Source: Felis catus (Eukaryota). Taken from it: a DNA stretch of 64,000 nucleotides. The notes beneath the pieces were generated by a model. It had not been told where the DNA came from, did not search any database, and saw only the letters and a list, made by a program, of their open reading frames with translations. Positions 23,991-36,570 of the stretch are shown piece after piece. The stretch spans positions 70,186,001 through 70,250,000 of the forward strand of contig NC_058368.1 in the NCBI RefSeq assembly GCF_018350175.1, read 5' to 3'. Position 1 is the first letter of the stretch. Each line of letters starts with the position of its first letter. Both the position numbers and the translations under genes were made by a program.

Positions 23991-25047
23991 AAAGAAGTTC
24001 GGCTCTAAGGACCACAGCCCAAGATTCCTTGCATGTACAGGCTGAGGGCAACCTGTAGGGGGCAGAGTAGCCCTCACCCACTAGCAGCTGACTGGCTAGC
24101 CGCAGTCCCTGAGAGGCTCCTCGGTGTAGGTGGCAGGGACGCCCTGACTCTCCCCAAGGTGGCCGTGTTCTTGGCAGCGTGCTTCTCAGAAACACGCAGG
24201 CCACACAAGCTACGTACATACTGCCCGCTGCGGGCGCCTCACTTCACGTCAGGGCCAGAATCAGACAGGAGTCAAAAGGCTAGGTACGAAATATGTTTTC
24301 TGTCCCAGTCACAACTGTGAAAATAAGTTAAAAGTGGGGGAGACATCAGGCCTTGGTTCTAAGTTATTCCTCTTTCTCAGCCTGATCTTCCTAATCTGAA
24401 AATAAATGTAATCAACTTCAAGGTTCTAAAATGCTTTTCGGCCTTAAGATGCTACACTGGATTACTTGCAGGTTTATTTAAAATCTTCAGTTTATGCATT
24501 TCTTTAAACCCATAGCATTAATCAACTACTTTTTTTTCCCACAATGTCCCAAAACAATTCAAAAACAAACAAACCACAGTGTTGGTGCTTAGCTTCCAAA
24601 CAGATGTGGATAAAAACAAATTATTTAACTCTTTGAAGCCTTAGATACAATTCATCAAATGTTAAACACCATCAGCCACATCTGATGAAGAAAGAGTATG
24701 AAGGAAGAGAATATGAAGAATATGAAGGAAGAGGTGTTCCTTAAAGTCAGGACCTAAGGTCATGGAGGACACTGCACAGGCTGACCGACAACCTGGGGAT
24801 GCCGGATGCACAAATCACCTACACGCTGTGCCGAAGACAGGCGACAAAACTCTTAATAGTTTTGCTTTAAACTTTTCTTTAAAAGAAATGTCTGAAGATT
24901 TAACTAGAAAGTAACTTGAAAGGTCTCTTAGCTCAAGAATACAAATGAAACCCCTACTTGGAAATCCCACACAAGAAGTTAATTCACTGTCATTGACCGT
25001 TTCTGGTCCTGCCTACTTTACACTGTGAAGAAACGTACTTTGATGTA

Positions 25048-25239
25048 TTGAGAGAGAGAGAGACACAGAGCATGAGCAGGGGAGGGGCCGAGAGAGACAA
25101 AGAGACACAGAATGTGAAACAGGCTCCAGGCTCCAAGCTGTCAGCACAGAGCCCGACGCGGGTCTCGAACTCACAAACTGCAAGATCATGACCTGAGCCA
25201 ATGTCGGACACTTAACTGACTGAGCCACCCAGGCGTCCC
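25048..25239 (-). mobile_element. Carnivore SINE (SINEC) lacking its A tail
   Basis: Body and head present; the poly-T expected at the left end is absent. Confidence 0.88.
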
Positions 25240-25999
25240 TGGGGCTGTTTTTAAATTGGTTTCCGGTAATCAAAAATACCAAGATTTAAGTAAAATTTTG
25301 TATTTCTGGATTTTTTTGCTAAAAACAAGACAAAAACAGATCATCTGGCCCCCTTGAACTGGTAGCTCCGCCCAGCATCAGCCACAGCGGGGAGGCGGCT
25401 GGCGGCCCCACAAGACGGGACCATTCGTGCTCCAGTTTGTCACAGAATGCGATGCATTCCCTCTTGCTTTCCACGCAGGCCTGTTCTTTTACTTAATTTT
25501 CCTGCTTGGCTCCTGCAGGTGTCTGAGTATGGACCCCTAATTTCCACTGCTGGCTTGATGGAGGAAGAGGGTCTGGACTCGCTCTCCCATCACAACCACT
25601 AGAAAACTGAACAGAAGAGATGAAACAGCTGTTTGCGGATATTTGACCACAGGTAGGGCAGGACCATGACCCCTGCTGGACGGGACATAGATGAGCTGCA
25701 CCCTAGCAGCCCTTTAGCTTTCTGCTGGAGGCGGTGTCTGGGTTGTGGCCCTGGAAGGGGAGCCCGACAGAGCCCTGCGGTCCCCCTAAGTTAAAGAGAC
25801 TGAGCAGAGTTCCAGAAGACCAAGGTGGCTATATTACACAGGACACAGTTTCCAGAATGAGAGCTCTTCCAGAGTTCTCAGCACGTAAGACAAAACAGAT
25901 CCAAATCTAGTAGTAAAAATTCTGAGTCATGCATTCATGACGTGTCCATGTTCTGTTTGTAGGTTCTGCCTTAACAAACAGTTTACCAAAAAAAAAAAA

Positions 26000-26420
26000 A
26001 AACCCACATCAAAATGAAGACAAAATAACCCAAATTGCAAGTCACTAGAGATAAAGAGAAGATTAAGAAGAGCAGGGACATCAGACCCCCAAAACAACAA
26101 CATAATGGGGTGTCTTCAAATTCGAAGGTAAATTTCACCTTGGATTTCTACATACACCCAAACTATCCATCAAGTTTGAATGCAAAACCAAAAATATTGG
26201 CAGATACGCTAACTCTCAAGAAATTAACAACTTCGACATTCTTTCTCAGGAAGCTACTTGGAGGATGTGCTCCTCCAAAATAAGAAAGTGGAACAAGAAA
26301 GAAGACATGGGATCTCGGAAACAGGGAATCCGACGCAGGCAGGAAGGCAAAGAGTTTCCAGAATGATGGCTATCCAGAGGCTGAGACAGCAATTCACCTA
26401 GATTAGAGCAGGAAGGAGGG
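26000..26420 (+). mobile_element. HAL1/old L1 ORF1-like fragment
   Basis: ctttctcaggaagctacttggaggatgtgctcctccaaaa...gaagacatgggatc resembles recalled HAL1 consensus. Confidence 0.6.
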
Positions 26421-27459
26421 CTGCAGGAACTAAAATCCTACCTTCCATAATGTCCAGAAGTGATGAATAAAAAGCAGCGGACGTGCCTCTTCCAGCATTA
26501 TGGAGGCACATTCCAGAAAGAAGAGTGAAAACAGCTGAAAACGATCACGTCAGGGGAGTGGGGAGCGGGTGAGGTGGAAGACACTCGGGCAACAAAGTGC
26601 TCGCAGGGTTGCCTTTCTGCACTGCTTGACAGTTTAAACCAGATGAATGAATTACTCGGGATGAAAATGCAATGTAATTTTCAACATGTGAGTACATAAA
26701 CAAGTACACACCTGAAGGTCAGGCCGGAGAGCTGTGTCTCTAACCTCAATCACACTGGCCCCACAAAACGACCTTTCTTATTAGAACTGAGCTTCGGGCC
26801 AATGTCATCAGCCAACACTGAGTCATTTTAGGAAGAATTCTCTGATAATGGTGACTGCATCTATTGTGAGGAGTTGTCAGGGAGATTGTTCATTAACCAC
26901 ACAGTGCCCTCTGTCTCAGGGCCCCCATGAGAAATGCCTGAATGATCTTCATTCTGAGATTACTCGGGCAGCTTCTGGCTAACTGGATTGAAAGGGTCTC
27001 CAAGCTAGGAAGCACAGAGCCCAGTTTGTCACCCACCCACAGCAGGTTTTAGGTCTCTTGAACACCTATGCTTCTTTCTTAGCTTAATTCTTGTTCATCT
27101 CCTCCCTACCTTGACTCCTTGTTCACCTCTCCTGCCTTCAAACACACTTTAAATCTGTGCTATCCTGTGTTTTATGTTTCCTTGTAAGTTACTGCCTTAG
27201 ACCTTTCTGGAAAGTGGCAGGGGGGTGGGGAGATGGACGGACAGATGGGGAATCTGGCAACTTGCTTTCAAAGACAATTCTGTTAAGGTTTGGAAGGTCC
27301 TACACCAAAACAGCAGCTTTCGGTCCTACACCGAAACTGGTAACAGCAGCTCCCTGGGAAAGGGAGAGATAGGGATCAACAGGGACCTCCAGTTTGTAAT
27401 GGTCTGATTTTTTTTTATAATGTGAGTACAGTTATGCATTATGTATGATTAAAATTAAT

Positions 27460-27613
27460 TTTTAAGTGTATTTATTTATTTTGAGAGAGAAAGAGAACCA
27501 GTAGGAGAGGGGCACAGAGAGACAGGGAAACAGAGGATCCTAAGCAGGCTCTGTGCTGACAGCAGTGAGCCCGATGAGGGGCTTGAACTCACTGAACCAC
27601 TAGGTCATGACCT
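27460..27613 (-). mobile_element. 5'-truncated SINEC
   Basis: Tail and body present; stops at gtcatgacct, so the head is missing. Confidence 0.85.
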
Positions 27614-27621
27614 AAAAATAA

Positions 27622-27860
27622 GGGGCACCTGAGTGGCTCAGTTGGTTGAGTCTGACTCTTGATTTTGCCTCAGGGCATAATCCCACAGTCATGGGATTGA
27701 GCCCTGAGTCGGGTTCCATGCTGAGCATGGAGCCTGCTTAAGATTCTCTCTCCCTCTCCCTCTCCCTCTCTCTCTCTCCCTCTCCCTCTCTCTCTCTCTC
27801 TCTGTCTCTCTCTCCCCCTCTCACCTGCTCGCTCTTGCTCTCTCTCAAAAAAAAAATAAT
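27622..27860 (+). mobile_element. Carnivore SINE (SINEC)
   Basis: ggggcacctgagtggctcagttggttgag head, long CT tract, A tail. Confidence 0.9.
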
Positions 27861-27889
27861 AATAGTAATTTTTAAGAATAACTCTACAA

Positions 27890-28130
27890 CTGCAATAGCA
27901 CTAACAAAAATATTCAATACTGACCAAATTATTACCATGTGCCAGCACTGTTCCAAGCTCTTTTTTCATATATTAATTAATCCTCTCAATAACCATATTC
28001 AATACAATTATTCCAATTTAACAAATGAGGAAACTGAGGCACAGAGAGGATCAGTGTCTCCAAAGCTACACAGCTGGTAGTGGTAGAGCAGGGATTTGAA
28101 CTCAGTCTGGATCTGAAACCCAGTCTCTTG
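27890..28130 (-). mobile_element. MIR
   Basis: acaaatgaggaaactgaggcacagagagg core and gggatttgaactcagtctg. Confidence 0.8.
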
Positions 28131-28556
28131 ATTAATCCTGTTATTGGTACTATGAGAGAAATGATAAAACTCATCACGGAGATGCTAAGAACTGTTCTGA
28201 ATATTTCCAAATGAATTCATCCAGTCCCCTCAATTTACTCTACTAAGGAAACATGATCATGACCCACATTTTGCACATGAAGAAACTTTTGGTAATAGCC
28301 TGGCCAAGGTCACACAGCTATAAAGTGGTTGAGCCTTAAACACTGGAGCTCAGCCCCACGGTGCTCAGCCGACTACAACAGAAGTCTGCCTGTTTCACGT
28401 GTATCTGATGAAAAACGAGCCTTTACTTACCTGACAGCTGTTCTACCTCCTCCCCCGATACTGCCATTCTTGGAAGTATTTGCTTAAATCTGCAAATTCA
28501 CAGATGGTACTTTTACAGATCAGAAAACTTGATGATAGAACTCTACTCATATTTAC

Positions 28557-28691
28557 CTGAACCACACCCATACAGGAATCCAGAAATATCGATCCTTTCG
28601 GTTCCTTGGAGATCTTTTCATCTTTATAAAAATTCAAATTGTAGGATCCGTCACCAAGTTGAATCAGGTGGAAAAACCGTCTTTTAAATGA
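28557..28691 (-). CDS. DOCK9: DOCK9 exon ~7 (135 nt): [47 protein letters not shown] domain
   Basis: ctcccag|TCA acceptor, CAG|gtaaat donor; visible in ORF 28443..28757. Confidence 0.97.
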
Positions 28692-29692
28692 CTGGGAGAA
28701 AAATACATACACAGCTCTTGTTTCAAAACGAAAAGAGTCACAGTCCCTACCAACCACTCACAGCTACACACGTGTTTTTACACAGTACACACGTGTAAAA
28801 ACCGTTTCTATTCTCTCTAAAACCAATCTAATCCTGGCCAACGCCCCAGGTAAGGGTGAGTTAAGACTCTCCATCACGTCTAATAATTTCAGTGCGTTTA
28901 AATTCTGAGGAGGTGGTTCACTTAACATTCATGGGTCATTTTTTCTTACCCACAGCATTTGATATTTTTACATAACCACCCAAAAGCAGTGCGATGAGCT
29001 CCAATTTGGGATGCAGCACAGAAGGATGGAAACTTTCTCAAATCCCCAGGGTTTCTTGCTCACGCAGAAGAGGAACTTTTCTCTGCCTCGCGACACGGAA
29101 CGATTTTCCAGCCTCAGGATTATGACAGTCCGCATTTCCCTGGATTTCCTTTTTCTCTCCCTGTCCACCCTCCCTCCCTTCCATTATGGCTCTTCTCTTC
29201 AGTATTCATGCTGCTCTTCCTCTGCTCCTACCTCTTTCCTGAATGGCTTTTTATACTAGTTTTGCTCTTCTCTTTCCAACCCCCTTCCAATCAAACTATT
29301 TTCCTTCCAGTCCTCCAGCTTTGCTCTTGTTCACCTTGCCACAGTAGACCTCCCAAAAGTGCTGAGACTTAGCCCCTGGGTGATGTGCTTGCAGGTGCCA
29401 CGATCGCTTTTGTCGTGGGTACAGAGAAGAAAGCCTGTGTCGGCAACTGTGCCTTCGCACCAGCCCAATGATGAAGATCTCGTCACGCTGGTGGTCGGGC
29501 ACGAAGCAGGGGAAGTGGGTGCGAGCAGGATGGTACCACTGGAGGTTGATCACCAGGGAGGCATCTTATTGACCAGACAATGTCACTTTTGTCAGGAAGA
29601 ACAACATGCCCATTCATTTTGAGCATGATTCCCGAGACCTATAGCAAGAAGGGTTTCAGGAGAGGGGAGTGCAGGGTGATGGACTGCCTTAC

Positions 29693-29788
29693 CCTCATGG
29701 TTACGCTTATTGCACTGTTCATGTTGCCTTTGTACAGCCACCCATGCTTGGTGATCCCGCCCTTCTGAGAGCCGAGGGAGGCAGCATC
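29693..29788 (-). CDS. DOCK9: DOCK9 exon ~6 (96 nt): [32 protein letters not shown], start of PH domain
   Basis: ctcctag|GAT acceptor, AGG|gtaagg donor; KHGWLYK is a PH beta-1 motif. Confidence 0.96.
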
Positions 29789-30474
29789 CTAGGAGAGAAG
29801 GAAAACCACAATTGGTCTCCAGTCACTACTAATCTTATCTGCTGTGACTCTGGTCAAAAGGAAAATCATTCAACTGGTGCCGGCTTGCCCCATCGTGCCC
29901 CATTACTGGAGTTACCATCTGCCACAAGTCACTTTAGAGCCGGCTCGGCAGGAAAAGAGAGGGAGAAGCATCAATCCCTGAAAGCTCTAGTCCATTAAAA
30001 GGCAAAGCTAGTTCCAGTCCAAATTTTTTATTTTTGAGTATTTAATGAGCCACAGAAAGTACATACCATACTTGACCACTCAGGTTGTAAGGTCCTGCTG
30101 GGTTTCATGAAAAATATTTTCAAATTACACTCCCCTATAATTGGAGGACAAAAGCAAATTCCTGGAAAACTTCCCAGAGGCTCAGTTCAGGGGAAGGTGA
30201 ACGAAGAAAAGAAGGAAATGTGAGGCAACAGAGAAAGGAGGGATGAGAGAAAAGGATTGGGCAATGGAAAAGAACGAAAGAGAGAGAGGAGAGGGGGAGA
30301 GTTAGGAAAGAGAAGGGACGTGGCTAGAAAAATAAAAAAACATGCTTCTGCACGTTCCAGCTCCAGCTGTGAGCTCTGGTGCAGGGAGGCGGGCATGGGG
30401 TTGCCAGTTGCTGCTGAAAATATGTCAGGCAAACACTCGTACATGTAACAGACAGATGACAGGTGTGTACGTAT

Positions 30475-30475
<1 letters not shown>

Positions 30476-30519
<44 letters not shown>
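30476..30519. repeat. (AC)n microsatellite, about 21 units
   Basis: Seen directly. Confidence 0.95.
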
Positions 30520-30522
<3 letters not shown>

Positions 30523-31632
30523 TGGCAGACTGCAGCTGGCCCTGGCCCTGTGGGCCCCTGCCCCTCTAAGGCGGTACCTGATGGACGTTCAGTAGGTACA
30601 GGAGGACGAGAGGGCCACTCACCGTCATGTTACCCAACTCACATCCCATAAGACCAGTCTCCAATTATGATCTTTATTTTTGTAATCAAAGAGACAACTG
30701 CAGAAAGACCCATCTTCTGTTTTGTTTTAGACCATCTCAATGTAATGTTGGTGGTTTTACTGTTCTTATTATTCATAAGAACAGAAATAACTCATCTGTT
30801 TAGGATTTGACAGTTTTCAGTGTGCCCTTCACATGCGTTATCTCGATTGGTCCTACTCTTACTACTAATCAGCACCAAGTGGTTTTACTATCTTGTTTCT
30901 CACTTTGGACGGTCACTTACTCTTCCAGAATTATTTTAAAAGTGGTTTCTAAAATAATTTCCCACCATGGGCATTGTTCACATTCTTGAATGGCTGGTGT
31001 TACAGCTTACCTGATGATTAAAAAAAAAAAAAAAGGAACCTCTCCCCCCTAAACTCACAATGAGGCAGCCAATACTGAGCAGGGGAGATGAGAAACGCAG
31101 AGGACAGCTAGCCCTGACTTGTTATTAGGTCTCCCTTGCTCAGTGGCCAGTCACCTTAATGCCCAGCTCTCTCTATAGATTTCTTCAAGAGAAGGGGGAG
31201 TGCCCTTGTTTAAGAATAAAAGAAAGAAAAAAGCTTCTTGATACCATATGCGTCACTCAAACCCATCATTGAAAGAAAGAGCCATTTAAAGTCTACTGGC
31301 GGTTCGTTTCAAGATAGTCTGCTGAAAAACAACCTAAACTTAAGGTCTAAGTAATCTTGGTGTCTCTTAACAATGTAGCCAAATCTTATCCAGGCCTTTG
31401 AAAATGATCTCGGAACAAATAAACAAGACAGGAAGAACTTGCAATGCTAAGCAGTCAAGTTGAAATGGAGACCTTATTTCAATCAATCCAGTAATACATC
31501 GAATAAAAATTCTTTCCCCGTTTCAAGAAACATTCCAATTCCCCTTTTGGCTTAAATGTTGGTAATTTTCCAACAGATCTTGTAAAGTCTGTAAACGAAA
31601 CCAGTTTCCAGATCCGCAAGCGATAACCTTAC

Positions 31633-31702
31633 CTCATCTTTATCAACTTCCTCATCGACTTCATAGACGTGAACTGGAAGTTTATCCAACTTGGCCACTT
31701 TG
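31633..31702 (-). CDS. DOCK9: DOCK9 exon ~5 (70 nt): (N)KVAKLDKLPVHVYEVDEEVDKDE
   Basis: tttttaaag|C acceptor, GAG|gtaagg donor, phase 2/0 completes the Asn codon from exon 4. Confidence 0.96.
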
Positions 31703-33432
31703 CTTTAAAAAGAAGAAAGAAACTTGTTTTATAATTACCTAATCCATGAAGAGATGCACTTCTTCCCCCATTAGAGGAACAGACATTTAACAAACTCAAA
31801 GCTGTTCCACTCGGCTGAAGAATAAAAATAATCGACACACTACTGCTTTGCAAAGTGGGTGATCCAAGAGTTAGAGAGCCCGCAGAAGCCATGTAGAAGA
31901 GCGGGGCTAGGTTGTTGGGAGTTAGATAGGTATATTAAAAATGGGAAAGTGCATTAATTAATAAAGACTTGGTAGAACAAGGGGGAAAAAAGACTTGGTA
32001 GAATAACTTTTAAAATGAAGTTTATAAGAAAAAATGGGAACCGGGGTCATGGTCTTCAGAGTGGGAACCACAGTGTTAATGATGATGGTGTTAACAACGA
32101 AAGTACTGAAACAGCGGCCAGCATGTATATTAAACGGTATGTTCTAGGCACGGCGTTTCCCATGTATTACCTCGTTCAGTCCTTTAGACGGTGGGGACTG
32201 GTGGTAGTAGGACCATTTAATAGATGAGGAAACTGAGGTTCACAGAGGGCAGAGAGAGCAGATGATGAAGGCAGACTATAGAATCTATGTTCTTAATCAC
32301 TGTTAGTATCCTCCCTCTCTTTCTTATCACACAACTGCAAAATTATTAATGCCAAAGGTAAAATCTACCAGCAGTGAAAGTATATCATGCAGTCAGTATG
32401 CTACAGCTCGCAGTATGTTCTAAGAAAGCCATGAGAATAGTATGAACCAGACTATCCGTGAAGACAGGTTCAGGCAATCAAATGGACAGAATTTAGAAGT
32501 CCCCAAATAAGTACTGGGTAAATACAGAACTAAGGAGCACACCCCATCTGGAGAAGATAATGCTGGAAGGGAGTGTCTTCAGCTGAAGTTTAAAAAGAGT
32601 CAATGGGGAACTTGGCTAAACACTCCCAAGGAGTGGCTGAACCACACAAAGAGGAAAAACAAACATCTAGGTCCACTGAGAATAGTTTCAATGGTTTAAA
32701 CTCACAGATGCAACAAACATAGAGAAAAATATATTAATAGGGTTGCAAGTAAAATTTTCATTGGTGATGGCTACTTTTGATACAATACAATCCATCATTA
32801 TTTGATTTCAATTTTCATAATCAACTATTACCTAAATTTACCAACTGCATCATTTCAGGATATCCTGAAATGGAACATGTCCCCTCAAGGCAAGAGACCT
32901 ACCTCCACCTGGTTCACTATAATGACCACTGATCAATCTAAACACACTTGTTTTGGGTGTATTCCAGAACCCATTAATACTTCAAAGAAAGTAAGAAAAT
33001 TGTCTGGGGAATGCTTGTCTTTGATTTACTTTTTTTAAACATAAAATTTATTCAGTATGACATGCTTTTTATATTTCTCCAAAGTATTCTTTTAAAGGTA
33101 AGACACACTGTAGCATTTACATTTTCTTTGTTTTCTATTTCTCGCTGAAAGTACTCCACCTGTTCTATCAGTGGTACCCTGGAAACAATCACTGGCCATA
33201 ACTAAACCATCCATGTTTATACCATTTACTAATCCCAGAGTACTAGGTTTGAGTCCTATTATCAAATACCCTGGAAGCAATAGCTACTCCATTTACATAC
33301 AAACCATCTAGAAATATGTTCTCCAATTACTCTGATTGCATGTGAAGTTACATACCTCTTTAAGCCTCTCGAGTACAAAAAACACTGCCCACGTGTATCA
33401 CCCCACCTTGTGTGGTCTGACCATTTACTCAC

Positions 33433-33515
33433 TTTGGAAGTTGTCGAAACTCTCCCGAGTAATCTTCATATTTATAGTTCACAAGATGCCAGTCAGAGTT
33501 ATAGGTTTTGATGCA
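33433..33515 (-). CDS. DOCK9: DOCK9 exon ~4 (83 nt): CIKTYNSDWHLVNYKYEDYSGEFRQLP(N)
   Basis: ccgtag|TGC acceptor, AA|gtgagt donor, phase 0/2. Confidence 0.96.
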
Positions 33516-34129
33516 CTACGGGGTGAGGGGAAGGGTATAAAAAATAGAAAGCATAAGAGGCAAAGAAAAAAGATATGTGATGGCTTTAGGAGAACGTTTG
33601 GGAAGGTTTACGAATGTGCAGCCACACAAACATCAAAACAATTCTTTCACTTCGATCCTCCCTTGCCTGAAATTCCACTATCAGAGGTTCCTATAAAGCT
33701 TAAAAACCCCTAAAGCCTTACCCTTGGGGATGGGTCACTTTAAGTGCCCATCATTCATGATCAGAGAGCAGATTTTTACAAGGGGAAAAACTGCACCTCA
33801 CGTTGCTGCATTTACATAACAAACAATGTACGGCTTCTGAGTTAAAAGCACTTGTTTAGGGAGCATTGTGCCCTCTACTAGAACATGAGAGTAGGTGGAA
33901 AGTGTGAACCTAAAAGACACTTTCATGGTGTTTACTAATATGACAACTAGATCTGTTACCAAGTATAATACAAATCGGCCCTTGGCTTTTCCTTCTATTT
34001 ATAGGGGCCAGAGTGAGGTTATTAGGAGAAAAGATTTAGATTCCAATTCAGTGGCACTGTGACATCATCGCGTGCACGCACATGCATGTGTGAACAGGAT
34101 GTACAAAGTAGGGAGCTTTACGTTCTATG

Positions 34130-34716
34130 ATACCAACCTACACAGACTGCTGTGGGGCCCAGGGCCCATCCCATGCACAACAACACCATGATGATTATTC
34201 TGAATGAAGCCACTTGGGAAATAACTGTGCAAGGACACTAAGACCATCCTCCGTCCCCTGGAGGCTGGAAACAAATCTCCCATATGAAAAATACTCTCCT
34301 GGACTAAGAAGTTAAAAAAAACAAAACAAAATAAAACCATAACAAAACAAAATCCTTATCACCAGAGGTAGGGACTTGAAAGTTGAGAAAGCTACGGAAA
34401 TAAACCTTGTTATTTTTTTCTAATCTCCTACTGCAGGCTAAATTCTGCTTAGAATTCCTTACTAATTAAGGCTCCCAAACACCTGTTTTCTTTATCCTGT
34501 CAATTCCTCCCAAATTTATTGTCTCTTTGTCTAAAATGTATAAAAACTGCCTGCCTTAGTCATTTCTTGGGGTCTCAGTTTCATTTTTTGACCTCCATGT
34601 GCACATAATAAAACTTTGAGTTTTTTCCTATTAATCTGCCTTATATCAATTTAATTCCTAAGCCAACTAGAAGAAACCCCGGAGGGAAAAAAAAGACATT
34701 TCTATACTCCCTACAC
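34130..34716 (+). mobile_element. ERV1-class solo LTR (MER34-like)
   Basis: TATA-like tgtataaaaact, aataaaactt and terminal ctcccctaca resemble recalled MER34-group LTRs; 5' boundary uncertain. Confidence 0.6.
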
Positions 34717-36357
34717 TGCATTAAACTACCTCACTATTCAATAGACTCAACGGACCAGCACGGTGTCTTTCATTCATCTATCCAGGAGGAAGCACTGAAT
34801 AGTGTGTAGACTAAAGATTATAAGGCTGCGTCCACCAGATCCTCAAACACAAATGAGTCAAAATCAATAGGGGAAGCATTTGATTGAGTTACCAACAGCT
34901 ACCTTGATTTTCTGTATAGTCAGCTCTTGGCTACACATATGTAAACTTCAGTGTGGAAAAAAAAAATGAATTAAGTGAAGATGTAGTTGAATGTATTTAT
35001 GTCTTACCTGGTTGACTTCACTCCGGCTGTAACTAACACTGTGATCAAAGTCTCTATTCTGCTCACTCTACTTCATCATTTTTATGGTCAACCTTTTTTA
35101 TCTGTTTCATGGCTTATGCCCAAAGGCCTTCTGAGGCAAACTCTCCTCTACCCCAAAGTCATGAATAGAACTACAACAACGATAATGGATGCTTCCCTTG
35201 TGCCAGACTCTATGATAAGCACTCTATGGGCAAGGTGGCGACAGGCAGATAGTGTAAGATTTTACATTATTGTTCTGAAAGGTGGACTAAATAGCAGAGA
35301 AGGGTTAGGAACAGAGTTGGATGGTGGAACTGAACAAGTTTCCGATCTCTTTGCCATGTAGTTACAAATGTTTTTGAAGACTATTTCACTCTTGTAAATT
35401 CTCCTCAAAAATATTTTCAAAGCATTTTCACATTCAGAACATCTGACATCCATACTCAAAATTACATTCCAAACCAAGTGTGATTGCAGAATTACCTGTA
35501 TCCCTAGGTCCGCTAGCACAGCAATTTTAGGTCTGACTAGGTATGACACAGTCTTGTGCACATGCTCCTACTCTGTTCAGGTTTTCGAACAAGCACAGCA
35601 ACCAAAGTCATACCACTGAAGTCTCTTTCAGGATATTAAACCTATTCTGAAGTATAACATGCACCTGCCCAGTTAAAAAGATCAACGAGCAAGCACTTGC
35701 ATACAATCAGGGCATTTATGAATGAAACACCTGACTGCCCAGATTTTTAATATCTTAGGTAAAATGGGTCAGAAAGATACTTATGTTTAAATGTTTTAAA
35801 TTATAAGAAACTGTAAGGAAACATAGTTGACCAGGTTAAGTGGCCAGAGAGTCATTCATTTGATAAGCCCCTGTTGACTGTCCACATGGCAGGCACCAGC
35901 TGAATTCCAAGGCTGAAGCCTGGAATAAGACAAGCAACCTCCACCCGTCCGGGGATGCAGAAAGTCTAGGAGATGAGGGGTTACATCAGAAATCAGTCTC
36001 TGGAGAACTGGATCTCCAGAAAGACAGGGATCTGACTGGCTCATTTCATCAGTGACCTTTCAGACTCGTGAAATTCAATCATATTTTCAAGTTAATACTG
36101 AAAGGTTTTTGAAGTTGTTTTTTAAAACAGCCGTTAGGTCATTCTCCGCTGGACAAGAGGATAGAGAGGAAGTGCTGGCTGTTCCACTCCACCCTTGTGG
36201 CCGCGTCCCAAGAGGGCTCGTTCCATTGGCTCGGGCAGCACAGCATGAAGTTGTTATTGCTCAACCTACAGCAGTCAAAGAACTGAGTGGAGAACTGTGC
36301 CTCAAAAGCCATATTTTTTAAGCAACTGGGAGAACTGAATTAGTAATTAATAAGTTT

Positions 36358-36570
36358 GGAGGTGAACAAACTCTTTCTGGAAAAGTCCGGATAGGTAAGT
36401 ATTTTCAGCTTTGAGGGTCACGTGATCTCTGCTGCAAACATTCAACTCTGAGTTATCACGTGAAAGTAGGTCACAGGTGACACGTAAACAAAAGGGTGTG
36501 GCGGTACTACAATGAAACTTTATTTACAAAAACAGGCTGCAGGCCAGACAGTTGCCCGTGGGTCAGTCAC
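36358..36570. mobile_element. MER58-like hAT MITE
   Basis: taagtattttcagctttgagggtca...aaactttatttacaaaaacaggctgcaggccaga. Confidence 0.75.

Noticed and set aside
24690..24735. Short direct repeats (tatgaaggaagag x2, aatatgaag) resembling a repeat-spacer array
   Set aside because: Local slippage with no regular spacers; eukaryotic intron, no CRISPR features
30187..30651. Cluster of overlapping ORFs with CVCV/THTH repeats
   Set aside because: Produced by the (AC)n microsatellite and a GA-rich low-complexity tract
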